Shown here: piece by piece, positions 7,242 to 15,745 of the stretch
Layout: each line of letters starts with the position of its first letter
Numbering within the stretch: position 1 is the stretch's first letter
Virus record (IMG/VR): IMGVR_UViG_3300023175_000028
Span: 3,473 to 67,472 of that record
Length of the DNA stretch: 64,000 nucleotides
From: a virus
Direction: 5' to 3' (one strand)
Made by a program: the position numbers and the translations under genes
The notes under the pieces: model-generated
Databases searched by the model: none
The model's input: the letters and a program-made list of their open reading frames with translations, nothing else
What the model was told of the DNA's origin: nothing

Positions 7242-7964
7242 TTATGTACAAAGATTAAACATTTGTTTAAATTCTTTGATTGTAATATGTTTTAAATTAC
7301 TAAATTTATTTAGTTCCGGAGGAATAATGTTATCTGGTAATATTACTCTATAAAATGTAATTTGTGGATTAGTTTTAAGTATTGTTGTAGTTTGTCTTAG
7401 CCAATTTCCGTAATAAGTAGCGCCATCGTTTTGCTTTTTATAGTTAGGTGATCCGGCATATATGTTGTTAACTTTCTTTAAATTGTCGCCTGTTCCTGCA
7501 TAATCAAAGCCTAAAATAAAGATTTTTTTGTAACTTGGTAAGTGTTGTGTTGCTAAAAATAGTGCTGTTGGACCTGAACTCCAGCCTTTAGATGGCTTAA
7601 AATAGTTCAAACCTTCAATATTTTTATAGGCTTTATTAAGGTTAGTCCACACATTTTTGTTCTTTTTTTGGTAGTTTTTACCTGTAATTTCTAATATCAT
7701 TTTAACATCTACAGCTACCAAATAGTCAGGATCCATCTCTCGATATATAGCATTACATCCGTAAACTTTGCCAAATTCTTTTAATTGTTCTGGATCTATA
7801 CCTTTACGTGATAGACCATTTCCTAAAACAAAACCGTATGTTTTGTTCGTATGATCATTTACAAGATTAGGCGTATAAGACTCTAACGCTTTTTGTCTTC
7901 TACGTTCTGCTAATAATGTTTGTATTTGTTGTTTTGTGTATTTAGACTTGTCTAACTTTGGCAC
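7242..7964 (-). CDS. Maf/MptE (DUF115)-like glycosyltransferase-fold protein
   Basis: VLGNGLSR, YGCNAIY, LVAVD, SSGPTA and IFILGFD follow the motif order of that fold. Confidence 0.55.
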   Translation of the reverse strand: MPKLDKSKYTKQQIQTLLAERRRQKALESYTPNLVNDHTNKTYGFVLGNGLSRKGIDPEQLKEFGKVYGCNAIYREMDPDYLVAVDVKMILEITGKNYQKKNKNVWTNLNKAYKNIEGLNYFKPSKGWSSGPTALFLATQHLPSYKKIFILGFDYAGTGDNLKKVNNIYAGSPNYKKQNDGATYYGNWLRQTTTILKTNPQITFYRVILPDNIIPPELNKFSNLKHITIKEFKQMFNLCT

Positions 7965-8212
7965 TACACCATTCCCGCTTCTGCTTGAGCCGCTATTCCA
8001 TACATTTGTCTAACAAACTCAAGTTCGTTTTGTTTTTCTCTATTATGAAGTTCTGCGGCTTTGCGAGCGCGGTTAATTTGTCTTAAAGACAAACGTGTTT
8101 TTCGTGTATCACTAAGGTCTACAACACTATCGTCGTAAACTGGATCGTAGCGATCATCTTCTGCAGGCAGAAGTGTTTCTTTATCGTAATAAAAAAGCTC
8201 TCTTAGTATCAT
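7964..8212 (-). CDS. Hypothetical protein in the head module
   Basis: 82-aa ORF with GATAAATA late motif at 8218-8225; stop overlaps the next start. Confidence 0.7.
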   Translation of the reverse strand: MILRELFYYDKETLLPAEDDRYDPVYDDSVVDLSDTRKTRLSLRQINRARKAAELHNREKQNELEFVRQMYGIAAQAEAGMV

Positions 8213-8225
8213 GTAAGTATTTATC

Positions 8226-9977
8226 TTATATCACTTGATCTGTTGTTGGAGGTGCTGTTCCTCCAGCATCGCCGCCTGTTGCTGTTTCTGGAGGTGTTCC
8301 TTCTCCTCCGTCAACTCCGCCTTCACCGGCAGGTACTTCTTCTTCACCGGCAGCTAAGTCTGATCCCATTCCTGCTGAACTTATTCCAACGCCTCTCATT
8401 TCTGCGGCAGCGTCAGCTGAATTAGGTTCTATATCTTCGTCGTTTTCTTCTCGCCACAGTCTTTCGTTTTCTGCAATTTCTTCTGCACTCATTCCTAAGA
8501 ATCGTTTTAATGCAAATCTATTTGATACGTAAGGTATTGCACTCATTTGAGTAAATGTTGGTACACGAGCATTGTCAAGTTCTGATTGTCTATAAGCCGC
8601 AAAGTTTTGCGGAGGTTCAAAACTAATATCAAACATATTAGTATCAACATTAATGCCTTTTTCTAATAGATATCTTTTAAACTCTTGATTAAGTTCTTCA
8701 ATTAGTAGACCTTGTAAACGTTCACAGTAAGTATTAAAACGTAGTTCTTGAATATATGCAGTACCTACTCTACCATCATTGTAGGATGTTGCTCCATCAT
8801 CAGCGCCTGTAGGGAGATAGCTGGAAGGTATTCGTAAGCCGCGTACGAGCTTATTAGTAAAATATCTAAGATCATCAATTTCTCCAAGATTAGTTCCTCC
8901 TGGCAATGTTTCCACTTTTGAGCCGCGGCCTTCTGCTGTTTGTGGGAAGAAGTAATCTTCGTTGATTGACAGTGGATTATAACTCGAGTCTATGACATTC
9001 TGACCGCCACCTGTCGCGGATGGGATACGTCTTTGATGTATTTCCGTTTTAACACGCTCCACAAATTGCATAGCAAGGTGTGATGGCATGTTGCCCACAT
9101 CAACGTAGAATACTCTTCTTTCTGGAGCTCTTTGAACACGATATATAATAATCGCATCTTCAAGCAATTCTTTTTGTTTGTAAACTTTAAAAATTGTTTC
9201 TAATAATGAATTACCAAACGGAAAATTATTGTCTAAACCTTCTGATAAACTTAAATGTACAACATGCTTTGCATCAACAGCAACTTCTCCGTCGTCTAAA
9301 GTAAATCTACTTTTTCCAATGTTAGCAGTGCCGCCAACCATGCCAGTTGCTCCGCCTGTTGGAGTGTATGCTCCGCCTGTAGGTCCATTAATGTTTCCAT
9401 TAGTTTGATGAGGAGTGGTAGCTACTAAATCTTTAAAGTTAAAGTTTACATTTTTAATAATGTATTGTTCAGGCGTCTTGCCTTCACTTTCGTTAACAAT
9501 AATTCTAATAACATTAGCAGGATCAATATGAAACAGTTTTTTAGTTTCTGGATCTCTTAAGAAAAATTGATCTCCATATTTAAATGTATTTCGTAATACA
9601 CGAAACATTCTTGTATCAAAATTTTGAAGTTTAGTCCATTGTTTTAAGTATTGACCAAGAATCTGTACTTCGGCATTTGTTGATTTTTTATTAAAATTAA
9701 ATTTAAAGTTGGTTCCGTTAGAATCATTTTTTTGTGTACAAAATTCAGCAAGAATATCAAGTGCGGCATTAACTTCGCTGTCCATATCCATAGTATTGTA
9801 TTGACCGTAACGTTCAACACGATTAGGAGTACCAACATAAACATCAGGTAAAAAAGAACTATAATTTGATCTTGCAGGGCCAGCTTGAGATCCGTTGTTT
9901 GAATTACTTAATACACTATATGAACCTGCTGGGTTATCGCTTGTTCCAACTGGTGTGAAATATTTTTTCCAACTCAT
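8226..9977 (-). CDS. gp20: Portal protein, gp20-like
   Basis: LEDAIIIYRVQRAPERRVFYVDVGNMP, EDYFFP and GSKVETLPGGTNLGEIDD motifs. Confidence 0.96.
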   Translation of the reverse strand: MSWKKYFTPVGTSDNPAGSYSVLSNSNNGSQAGPARSNYSSFLPDVYVGTPNRVERYGQYNTMDMDSEVNAALDILAEFCTQKNDSNGTNFKFNFNKKSTNAEVQILGQYLKQWTKLQNFDTRMFRVLRNTFKYGDQFFLRDPETKKLFHIDPANVIRIIVNESEGKTPEQYIIKNVNFNFKDLVATTPHQTNGNINGPTGGAYTPTGGATGMVGGTANIGKSRFTLDDGEVAVDAKHVVHLSLSEGLDNNFPFGNSLLETIFKVYKQKELLEDAIIIYRVQRAPERRVFYVDVGNMPSHLAMQFVERVKTEIHQRRIPSATGGGQNVIDSSYNPLSINEDYFFPQTAEGRGSKVETLPGGTNLGEIDDLRYFTNKLVRGLRIPSSYLPTGADDGATSYNDGRVGTAYIQELRFNTYCERLQGLLIEELNQEFKRYLLEKGINVDTNMFDISFEPPQNFAAYRQSELDNARVPTFTQMSAIPYVSNRFALKRFLGMSAEEIAENERLWREENDEDIEPNSADAAAEMRGVGISSAGMGSDLAAGEEEVPAGEGGVDGGEGTPPETATGGDAGGTAPPTTDQVI

Positions 9978-9981
9978 CTTT

Positions 9982-12420
9982 TTATACCTGTCTCATTAAA
10001 TTACCACTAAGTCCGCCTAACGACCTTAATTGTTTTGAGGCAATTTTGTGACCCTTCTCGGCAATTTGAGCCATTCTGTCGTTACTATTACTTATTAATT
10101 CTGCAACTTGTTGCAGTCCGTCTTGAGTTTGTGGTGAATTCATCATACCATTTATATCTGTACCTACCTTTTCAAAAGCAGTTTTTAATCCTGTAAATGA
10201 CGCAGTTAGTTGTCTTCCTAAATCGTCACCTTGTACATTTTGCATTACACTACCTATAGCACTTGGTAATTGTTCTGTTAATTGCGCAATTTGTGGTCCT
10301 GCCGCACTAACCATATTACCTACACCTGTAGCAAGGTTCATTATTTGTTCTTCATTAAGAACTGCTTCTTTATTATGAAGCATTGTTAATGTTCCCTTAC
10401 CAAAATCTTGCATCAGTGACCCAAATGCAGGTGTCCCTCCATTAAACGATGCTCCGTTCATATTAGCAACTGTCATATTTTGTACTACAAAATCTGAACC
10501 ATCAATAAGAGCATCTAATGGTACTGCTGAAAGACCTGCCATAGACTGCTGGAAAAGGTCTTTATCAATTTGATTATTAGGATCATTTCCTTGGTTTAAC
10601 TGATCTATAATATCAAAGGCAGCATCTCTAATCTGTGTCGAACTGCCTTGTGTTAGTCTGTCATTTACAACTTCAGTTATTGTTTTGCCTTCTGCCTCAG
10701 CTACTGCCATAAACTTTTCAGCCAGTATTGGTCCAATATCAGTTCCTAAAATATGCGCTAAATCTTTTGCTTCGCCTAATTGCATACCATTTCTTGGAGC
10801 ATTTTTTAGATGATCAAGAATTTGTTGCATTGCTTGTTGAGTATTTTGTTGAACTTGAATATCATCTGGTGTAGTAGTTGGAGCTGTAGTATCTCCGCCA
10901 ACAACTAAACTTGACGCGGCATTAAATACGTCTTCTGCACTTCGTGACTCGACATTTGCGGCTGCGCCTCCTCGATTCATTCCGCCTAATTGTTCTGCTA
11001 ATGGTAGCATTGCATCACTAAGTTTTGTAAATGCTCCGTTTGGTCCAATTAGTTTATCATTAACAACAGCACCAAGATCTCTCAATGCTTTTTCACCGTT
11101 TATTACTGTTGACGTAATTCCGTCTCTATTTTCCTGTTCAGTTTGTGCGGCGGCATTTAACCTTCGTATTGCTTCTTCACGTGTAACATTTTCTCGTTGC
11201 ATTAATCGTTGAACATTATCAGAATAAGTTCCTGCCCCTGTAATTATTTGTGCGGCCGCATCAGCTGTTGCATTTCCCATACCACCTAATGTTGCCATTT
11301 GTAAAAAGTTTGGATCTCGTACTCTTGCCGCAATAGCACTGTTAAAGCTGTCAATACTGTTGGTCATTCCTTCGATGCCTCCAGGACCTTGTGCGTAATT
11401 GACCATATTTTGTAAATCGTTAAATGCTGGTCCAAGTGCTACTGCCGCTTGTCTACCTTCTTCAGATACAACAGCACCTTTGGTGAATAGATCTTCTACA
11501 GCTGCCAATGCTCCAGGGCCGGCTTTTTCTGCTTCAGCAAGAGCTCTACGCATTTTATCAGCGGCTTCTTTGTTACCGCTTGCTTCAAGCATACGTATCT
11601 TAGCGTCAACTTGTCCTTTACGCATACGGTCTTGTATTTCTTTTTCCATCTCTTTGCGGTTTTTACCAGTAAGTTTTGCAATTTTATCCATTTCGGTACT
11701 CATTGCAATCATATTTTTTGCCGCAGTGCCGTTGCGCATTTCTTCTTCCGTGTATCGACGTCTGTTGCTTATCATGTATTCTGCTAAGTCTTCGTTAACT
11801 TCTTCAAACGTCATACCCATGTTTAGTAATGGTGTTGCAAGTCCTTGATCAAACATATTTTGACTTGCCATTGTAAACTGTTTAGCACCTTGCGTTACTG
11901 TGCCACCAAAGGCTGCAAATCCTTGAGTATTACTTGATACGATGCCAGCAAATTCGTCTAAAGTTAGTCTTGACTGTGCCGCTGAGTTTTTCATTTCTAA
12001 TATGTTATTATTAAATGACGCACCACTTGTTGATAGTGTTCTAAATGTGTCAACGCCAGTTTCAGCAGCCTTAATAAGGGCACCGCCACCTTCAGTAACC
12101 ATTTGTCCAAACATTTTTAGATTTTTGTTATCGCCAGCAAGCTCGCTACCAAATGCTCCTACAATGTTTGTTAATGAAGTGTACGAATCAGATATTCTGG
12201 CATTACTACCAAAAACAGTTGATCCAAATTTTGCAACTTCTTTAGTAGCAGTTAAAGAGGCGGCGGTAAAATCCATTTGATTTTTACCAGCTTCGTCGCC
12301 ACTTTTACCAAGATTGTCAAGACCTTGTTGAACACCACTGAAGTCAAGATTAAGTCCTCTAAGGGTACTATCCTGTGCTACGTTTTCTAAGGCGTCTATT
12401 GCCTTTTGTGTAAGTTCCAA
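9982..12420 (-). CDS. Tape-measure / baseplate hub (gp29-like) protein
   Basis: 812 aa, Ala/Gly/Gln/Met-rich and helical-looking; adjacent to the gp26-like gene; LHNKEAVLN motif near the C-terminus. Confidence 0.65.
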   Translation of the reverse strand: MELTQKAIDALENVAQDSTLRGLNLDFSGVQQGLDNLGKSGDEAGKNQMDFTAASLTATKEVAKFGSTVFGSNARISDSYTSLTNIVGAFGSELAGDNKNLKMFGQMVTEGGGALIKAAETGVDTFRTLSTSGASFNNNILEMKNSAAQSRLTLDEFAGIVSSNTQGFAAFGGTVTQGAKQFTMASQNMFDQGLATPLLNMGMTFEEVNEDLAEYMISNRRRYTEEEMRNGTAAKNMIAMSTEMDKIAKLTGKNRKEMEKEIQDRMRKGQVDAKIRMLEASGNKEAADKMRRALAEAEKAGPGALAAVEDLFTKGAVVSEEGRQAAVALGPAFNDLQNMVNYAQGPGGIEGMTNSIDSFNSAIAARVRDPNFLQMATLGGMGNATADAAAQIITGAGTYSDNVQRLMQRENVTREEAIRRLNAAAQTEQENRDGITSTVINGEKALRDLGAVVNDKLIGPNGAFTKLSDAMLPLAEQLGGMNRGGAAANVESRSAEDVFNAASSLVVGGDTTAPTTTPDDIQVQQNTQQAMQQILDHLKNAPRNGMQLGEAKDLAHILGTDIGPILAEKFMAVAEAEGKTITEVVNDRLTQGSSTQIRDAAFDIIDQLNQGNDPNNQIDKDLFQQSMAGLSAVPLDALIDGSDFVVQNMTVANMNGASFNGGTPAFGSLMQDFGKGTLTMLHNKEAVLNEEQIMNLATGVGNMVSAAGPQIAQLTEQLPSAIGSVMQNVQGDDLGRQLTASFTGLKTAFEKVGTDINGMMNSPQTQDGLQQVAELISNSNDRMAQIAEKGHKIASKQLRSLGGLSGNLMRQV

Positions 12421-12445
12421 ATCTAATCTCCAGCAATTTTAGTTT

Positions 12446-12475
12446 TATAAATAAAACTATATGAAAGTATTTATC
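12446..12475. promoter_or_regulatory. Pair of oppositely oriented late promoter motifs
   Basis: TATAAATA on + at 12446-12453 and GATAAATA on - at 12468-12475, in the 68-bp gap between divergent genes. Confidence 0.7.
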
Positions 12476-12488
12476 GGAAAGAATAAAC

Positions 12489-13319
12489 ATGTCAGATAAT
12501 CCATTACAGAAATATTTTAGACAACCTAAAATATATCTAAGTTTGCCTACTGGTGGTAAATTTTACCCGCCTGGGCTTATTAAAGGTGATCCATCTAATC
12601 TTCCAGTTTTTGGAATGACGGCTATGGACGAAATTGTTTTTAAAACTCCTGATGCTCTATTCAGTGGTGAAGCTACAGTTCAAGTAATTAAAAGTTGTAT
12701 TCCGGCTATTGAGCAACCTTGGTTGATGCCGCAGTTAGATGTTGATGCTTGCTTAATTGCTATAAGAATTGCAACTTATGGGCAGACATTAGAAACAGCA
12801 TTTACTTGTAAAGAATGCGGTGAAGATAATAAATTTGACCTTGATCTTTCTAAAACATTAGATTATTTTACTGATCTTAAATACGATGATAGTCTTATTG
12901 TTGGTCCTTTAATGGTAAAACTTAAACCATTAAACTATAGAGAAGTTACAGAATTAAATATGGACATATACAATTTACGTAAACAACTGTATAATTCTAC
13001 GTCAACAAGCAATGATGATAAAGAATCCAGTAAAAAATTAAACGAAGTATACAAAAAAATTGCAGAATATACAGCATCTGGATATAAAAAATCTATTCAA
13101 TCGGTTGAAACTGACGAAACGCAAGTTAACGATCCTACACAAATTGAAGAATGGCTTAAAGAAAGCGACAAAGAGTTTTTTGATAAAATTAAAGAACACT
13201 TAGAAAAACTTTCTAAGAAATGGACAATACAACCACAAACGTGTAATTGTGTAGAGTGTGAAGCTGAAAATACTGTTGCAGTAGGAATGGATAACTCAAA
13301 TTTTTTCGTGAAAGTTTAA
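12489..13319 (+). CDS. gp26: Baseplate hub assembly protein, gp26-like (probable tape-measure chaperone)
   Basis: YLSLPTGG, MTAMDE, DACLIAIRIATYG and two CxxC motifs (CKEC, CVEC). Confidence 0.75.
   Translation: MSDNPLQKYFRQPKIYLSLPTGGKFYPPGLIKGDPSNLPVFGMTAMDEIVFKTPDALFSGEATVQVIKSCIPAIEQPWLMPQLDVDACLIAIRIATYGQTLETAFTCKECGEDNKFDLDLSKTLDYFTDLKYDDSLIVGPLMVKLKPLNYREVTELNMDIYNLRKQLYNSTSTSNDDKESSKKLNEVYKKIAEYTASGYKKSIQSVETDETQVNDPTQIEEWLKESDKEFFDKIKEHLEKLSKKWTIQPQTCNCVECEAENTVAVGMDNSNFFVKV
13298..13307 (+). other. Candidate programmed -1 frameshift site
   Basis: A AAT TTT TTC gives two overlapping, in-phase X XXY YYZ heptamers; the -1 frame is open into ORF 13343..13540. Confidence 0.7.
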
Positions 13320-13342
13320 TTCCACTCTCGGAGTCTGACATA

Positions 13343-13540
13343 ATGGCTCAAGTTGAAAAACTTGAAGGTCAAACCAAACAAATCAAAGACGAGTGTTATA
13401 GAATAGCATGGCATATGCGTGGAGGAGTATCAGCTCATGAGCTCCTGTGGCGTTATTCGCAAGATGATAGAGAAATTTTAAATAAAATTATTATGGAACA
13501 TATAGAGACAACTAATAAAACTGGAATGCCTCTAATTTAA
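13343..13540 (+). CDS. Small hub/tail assembly protein (gp51-like position), probable frameshift extension of the gp26-like protein
   Basis: 65-aa ORF in the -1 frame of the upstream gene, open from the slippery site. Confidence 0.65.
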   Translation: MAQVEKLEGQTKQIKDECYRIAWHMRGGVSAHELLWRYSQDDREILNKIIMEHIETTNKTGMPLI

Positions 13541-14550
13541 AGATCTATTTTGTCAAGATCAACTTTACCAGAACTATCAAGATTTGGACCGTCATCAACA
13601 TCAGTATTATTTCCAGAACTACTACTTGTAGAACTATCACCTGCAGAGTTTGAATTTCTATCTCTCATATTTGGATCTCGAGCCATTCTCTGAAGAATTT
13701 CTTGTTTAGTTGGTGCAGAATCAATATCTTCAGGTCTGTCACTTGCTTTATTTGTTCCAAATATTGCATCTTCTAAAGTTTCAAGCTCCCAAGTTATAAC
13801 TTTTTCAAACAGTTGAGGACCATATTCTTGAATTGCCCAACCAGCAACAAAAATTGCGCCTTCTGTTAATACAAATATTAAAATTCTTAGTAGCCAGCCA
13901 ACTCCAGGAATTAATAATAGACCATTTGACATTAGTCTAAATGCTCTTATAAACTTATAAAGTTGTCTTGCTTTTTTAGCTCTTTTAAGCTCTGCAACAA
14001 GTACTGTGGCAATTGCTGTTGCGGCAGCAATTCTCATAGGAAGTAAGACTCTATCAAATGCATCTTCAGCATACGGACTGCCTTGTGCTAACGGATGACC
14101 TGCTGGATACATCTCAGCCCAAAATTCTTGTAATGTTAACACATTGTCAGTATACACTCCCCACTGAGCTATAGCTTGACCAGTCATTAACAGGCCTTTC
14201 CAGCCGCCGCCTACGACTCTTTTTGTTAACAGTTTACTTCTTTGTAATGCTCTTTGAAATTTTGTTTTTATTTTAGGATCAGTCTTGGCTGCTTCCTTCA
14301 TAACTTCTTTTGGAGTGCCAGTAATTTTTTTACCATCACTTGTAGTGTACTGAAGTTTATTTCCTTGAACTTTTAATCTTGCATTATCAAGTTGTTTAGC
14401 AATATCTCTTGCTTTTTGTGCATTTCGTTCTGTGCCAACTACTTGACCAGACTGAGTACTAACAATATTCCAACCATTTTGACCAGCACGTACAGCTCTA
14501 AAGCCGTCATTTTCAAAGATTGTTGTTTCAAAGATTTCTGATGCAAACAT
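13537..14550 (-). CDS. Hypothetical protein with hydrophobic, possibly membrane, segments
   Basis: 337 aa; LLLIPGVGWLLRILIFVLTEGAIFVAGWAI; Ser/Asp-rich tail; CATAAATA motif at 14579-14586. Confidence 0.65.
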   Translation of the reverse strand: MFASEIFETTIFENDGFRAVRAGQNGWNIVSTQSGQVVGTERNAQKARDIAKQLDNARLKVQGNKLQYTTSDGKKITGTPKEVMKEAAKTDPKIKTKFQRALQRSKLLTKRVVGGGWKGLLMTGQAIAQWGVYTDNVLTLQEFWAEMYPAGHPLAQGSPYAEDAFDRVLLPMRIAAATAIATVLVAELKRAKKARQLYKFIRAFRLMSNGLLLIPGVGWLLRILIFVLTEGAIFVAGWAIQEYGPQLFEKVITWELETLEDAIFGTNKASDRPEDIDSAPTKQEILQRMARDPNMRDRNSNSAGDSSTSSSSGNNTDVDDGPNLDSSGKVDLDKIDL

Positions 14551-14586
14551 TTAAATTATTCCTAAATTATATACAATGTATTTATG

Positions 14587-15074
14587 TTATTCGCTACGCG
14601 AATAAAGTTTTCGCTAACGCTCAAACTAAACACTTCGTTTGTATGATATAATTTATTTATGAAGATCATTATCACGTAAGTGATAATGTTTAAGCTTCAT
14701 GTAGATTGTTTCAGTCAGACGGAACCACTTACGGTTCCATCTAATCTCAAAACTTCATGTGAGTTCGTCACAGCCGAGACTTGGAAGTAGGTATTTGTTA
14801 TACTGCTACACAATGGGCTCTGACCTTTCCCAACCTACGTCGACATATGTAACATAAAGAGTGCATAAAACGCTTTTATGCTTTCTTTATAATACATTAC
14901 CCGTTGCTTCGTTCCTGTGCATACGGTTTTTGTGTGTAATGTGCAGTTTTTCGACAGCCAACAATCAGTCTATGCCAATCAAACACCCTACTACCGGATG
15001 CCGCTCAGCATGTTACGTGTGCTCCTATACGGATGCTTTTTCCACAGCGGTATTTTTAAACTGGCCCGCTAACC
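14587..15074 (-). ncRNA. Putative large (~490-nt) structured RNA or structured DNA element behind a GIY-YIG nuclease
   Basis: Long gap in a gene-dense genome with many nested stems: 14587-14605, 14667-14688, 14715-14744, 14787-14838, 14854-14890 and 14894-14942. Several need G-U pairs on the minus strand. Confidence 0.6.
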
Positions 15075-15524
15075 TTATGTGTTGGATTGTTTTGCCTTAA
15101 TGCTATGTTCTAATAGAGCTTGTTTTAATTTGTCTGATCCGCCAACTCTTACGTTAATAATACCGTTATAATAATCATCTGTTTCTAATACACGGCGGTC
15201 AAATTGCTCTCTTGCCTCAATGTAGGACATTTCGCCCCTGCCTTTACATAGGTATAGGATTTCTCTTGTGAAATTTTCTTCGCCTAACTTTGCTACGTCT
15301 GCGTTTAATCTATCGGACGAACCCCAATAGGTTTTCCAGTCTGACTCTTTGTAGCCTCTACGTTTATTTTTTTTGCCTTTGAGTGGTGGCTTTGTTGTTT
15401 TAAATTTGGCTAATTTTTTGCCTATGTATTTTTGCCCAGTGGTAAGATTGGTTATGAGATATACAAAGCCTTCGTATTCATCTGGTATAGTTTCTATTAC
15501 TTTGCCTTCATAAGTCCACTGCAT
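15075..15524 (-). CDS. GIY-YIG family endonuclease (Seg-like, catalytic domain only)
   Basis: GFVYLITN...KYIGKK, YWGSS, FTREIL, YIEAREQ and YYN motifs. Confidence 0.8.
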   Translation of the reverse strand: MQWTYEGKVIETIPDEYEGFVYLITNLTTGQKYIGKKLAKFKTTKPPLKGKKNKRRGYKESDWKTYWGSSDRLNADVAKLGEENFTREILYLCKGRGEMSYIEAREQFDRRVLETDDYYNGIINVRVGGSDKLKQALLEHSIKAKQSNT

Positions 15525-15532
15525 AGTGATAC

Positions 15533-15745
15533 TTATTTTTTACTTTTTTTGTTAGCCTCTTTCTTGGCATTATAATCGTTGTGTATCTCAGACATGCGCT
15601 GATGTGCAAGTTCACGAATTTTTCGCAACCAACGTCTACTGGCGGCGTGTGTTCTATGAGACCTGCGAGATTCAAATGCCTCGTTTGCCTTATAATATTC
15701 TAAATAAGCCTTAGTTAATTTGTCATGTGTATCGTCATCTATCAT
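15533..15745 (-). CDS. Hypothetical small basic helical protein
   Basis: 70-aa ORF whose start overlaps the gp46 stop. Confidence 0.7.
   Translation of the reverse strand: MIDDDTHDKLTKAYLEYYKANEAFESRRSHRTHAASRRWLRKIRELAHQRMSEIHNDYNAKKEANKKSKK

Noticed and set aside
14587-15074. Group I or II intron, retron or CRISPR array as the identity of the structured element
   Set aside because: No interrupted gene flanks it, I could not find intron catalytic consensus motifs, there is no reverse transcriptase in the window, and there is no repeat-spacer periodicity.
14861-15100. 79-aa plus-strand ORF in the structured region
   Set aside because: GTG start without RBS, Cys-rich random-looking sequence, and antisense overlap with the nuclease gene.
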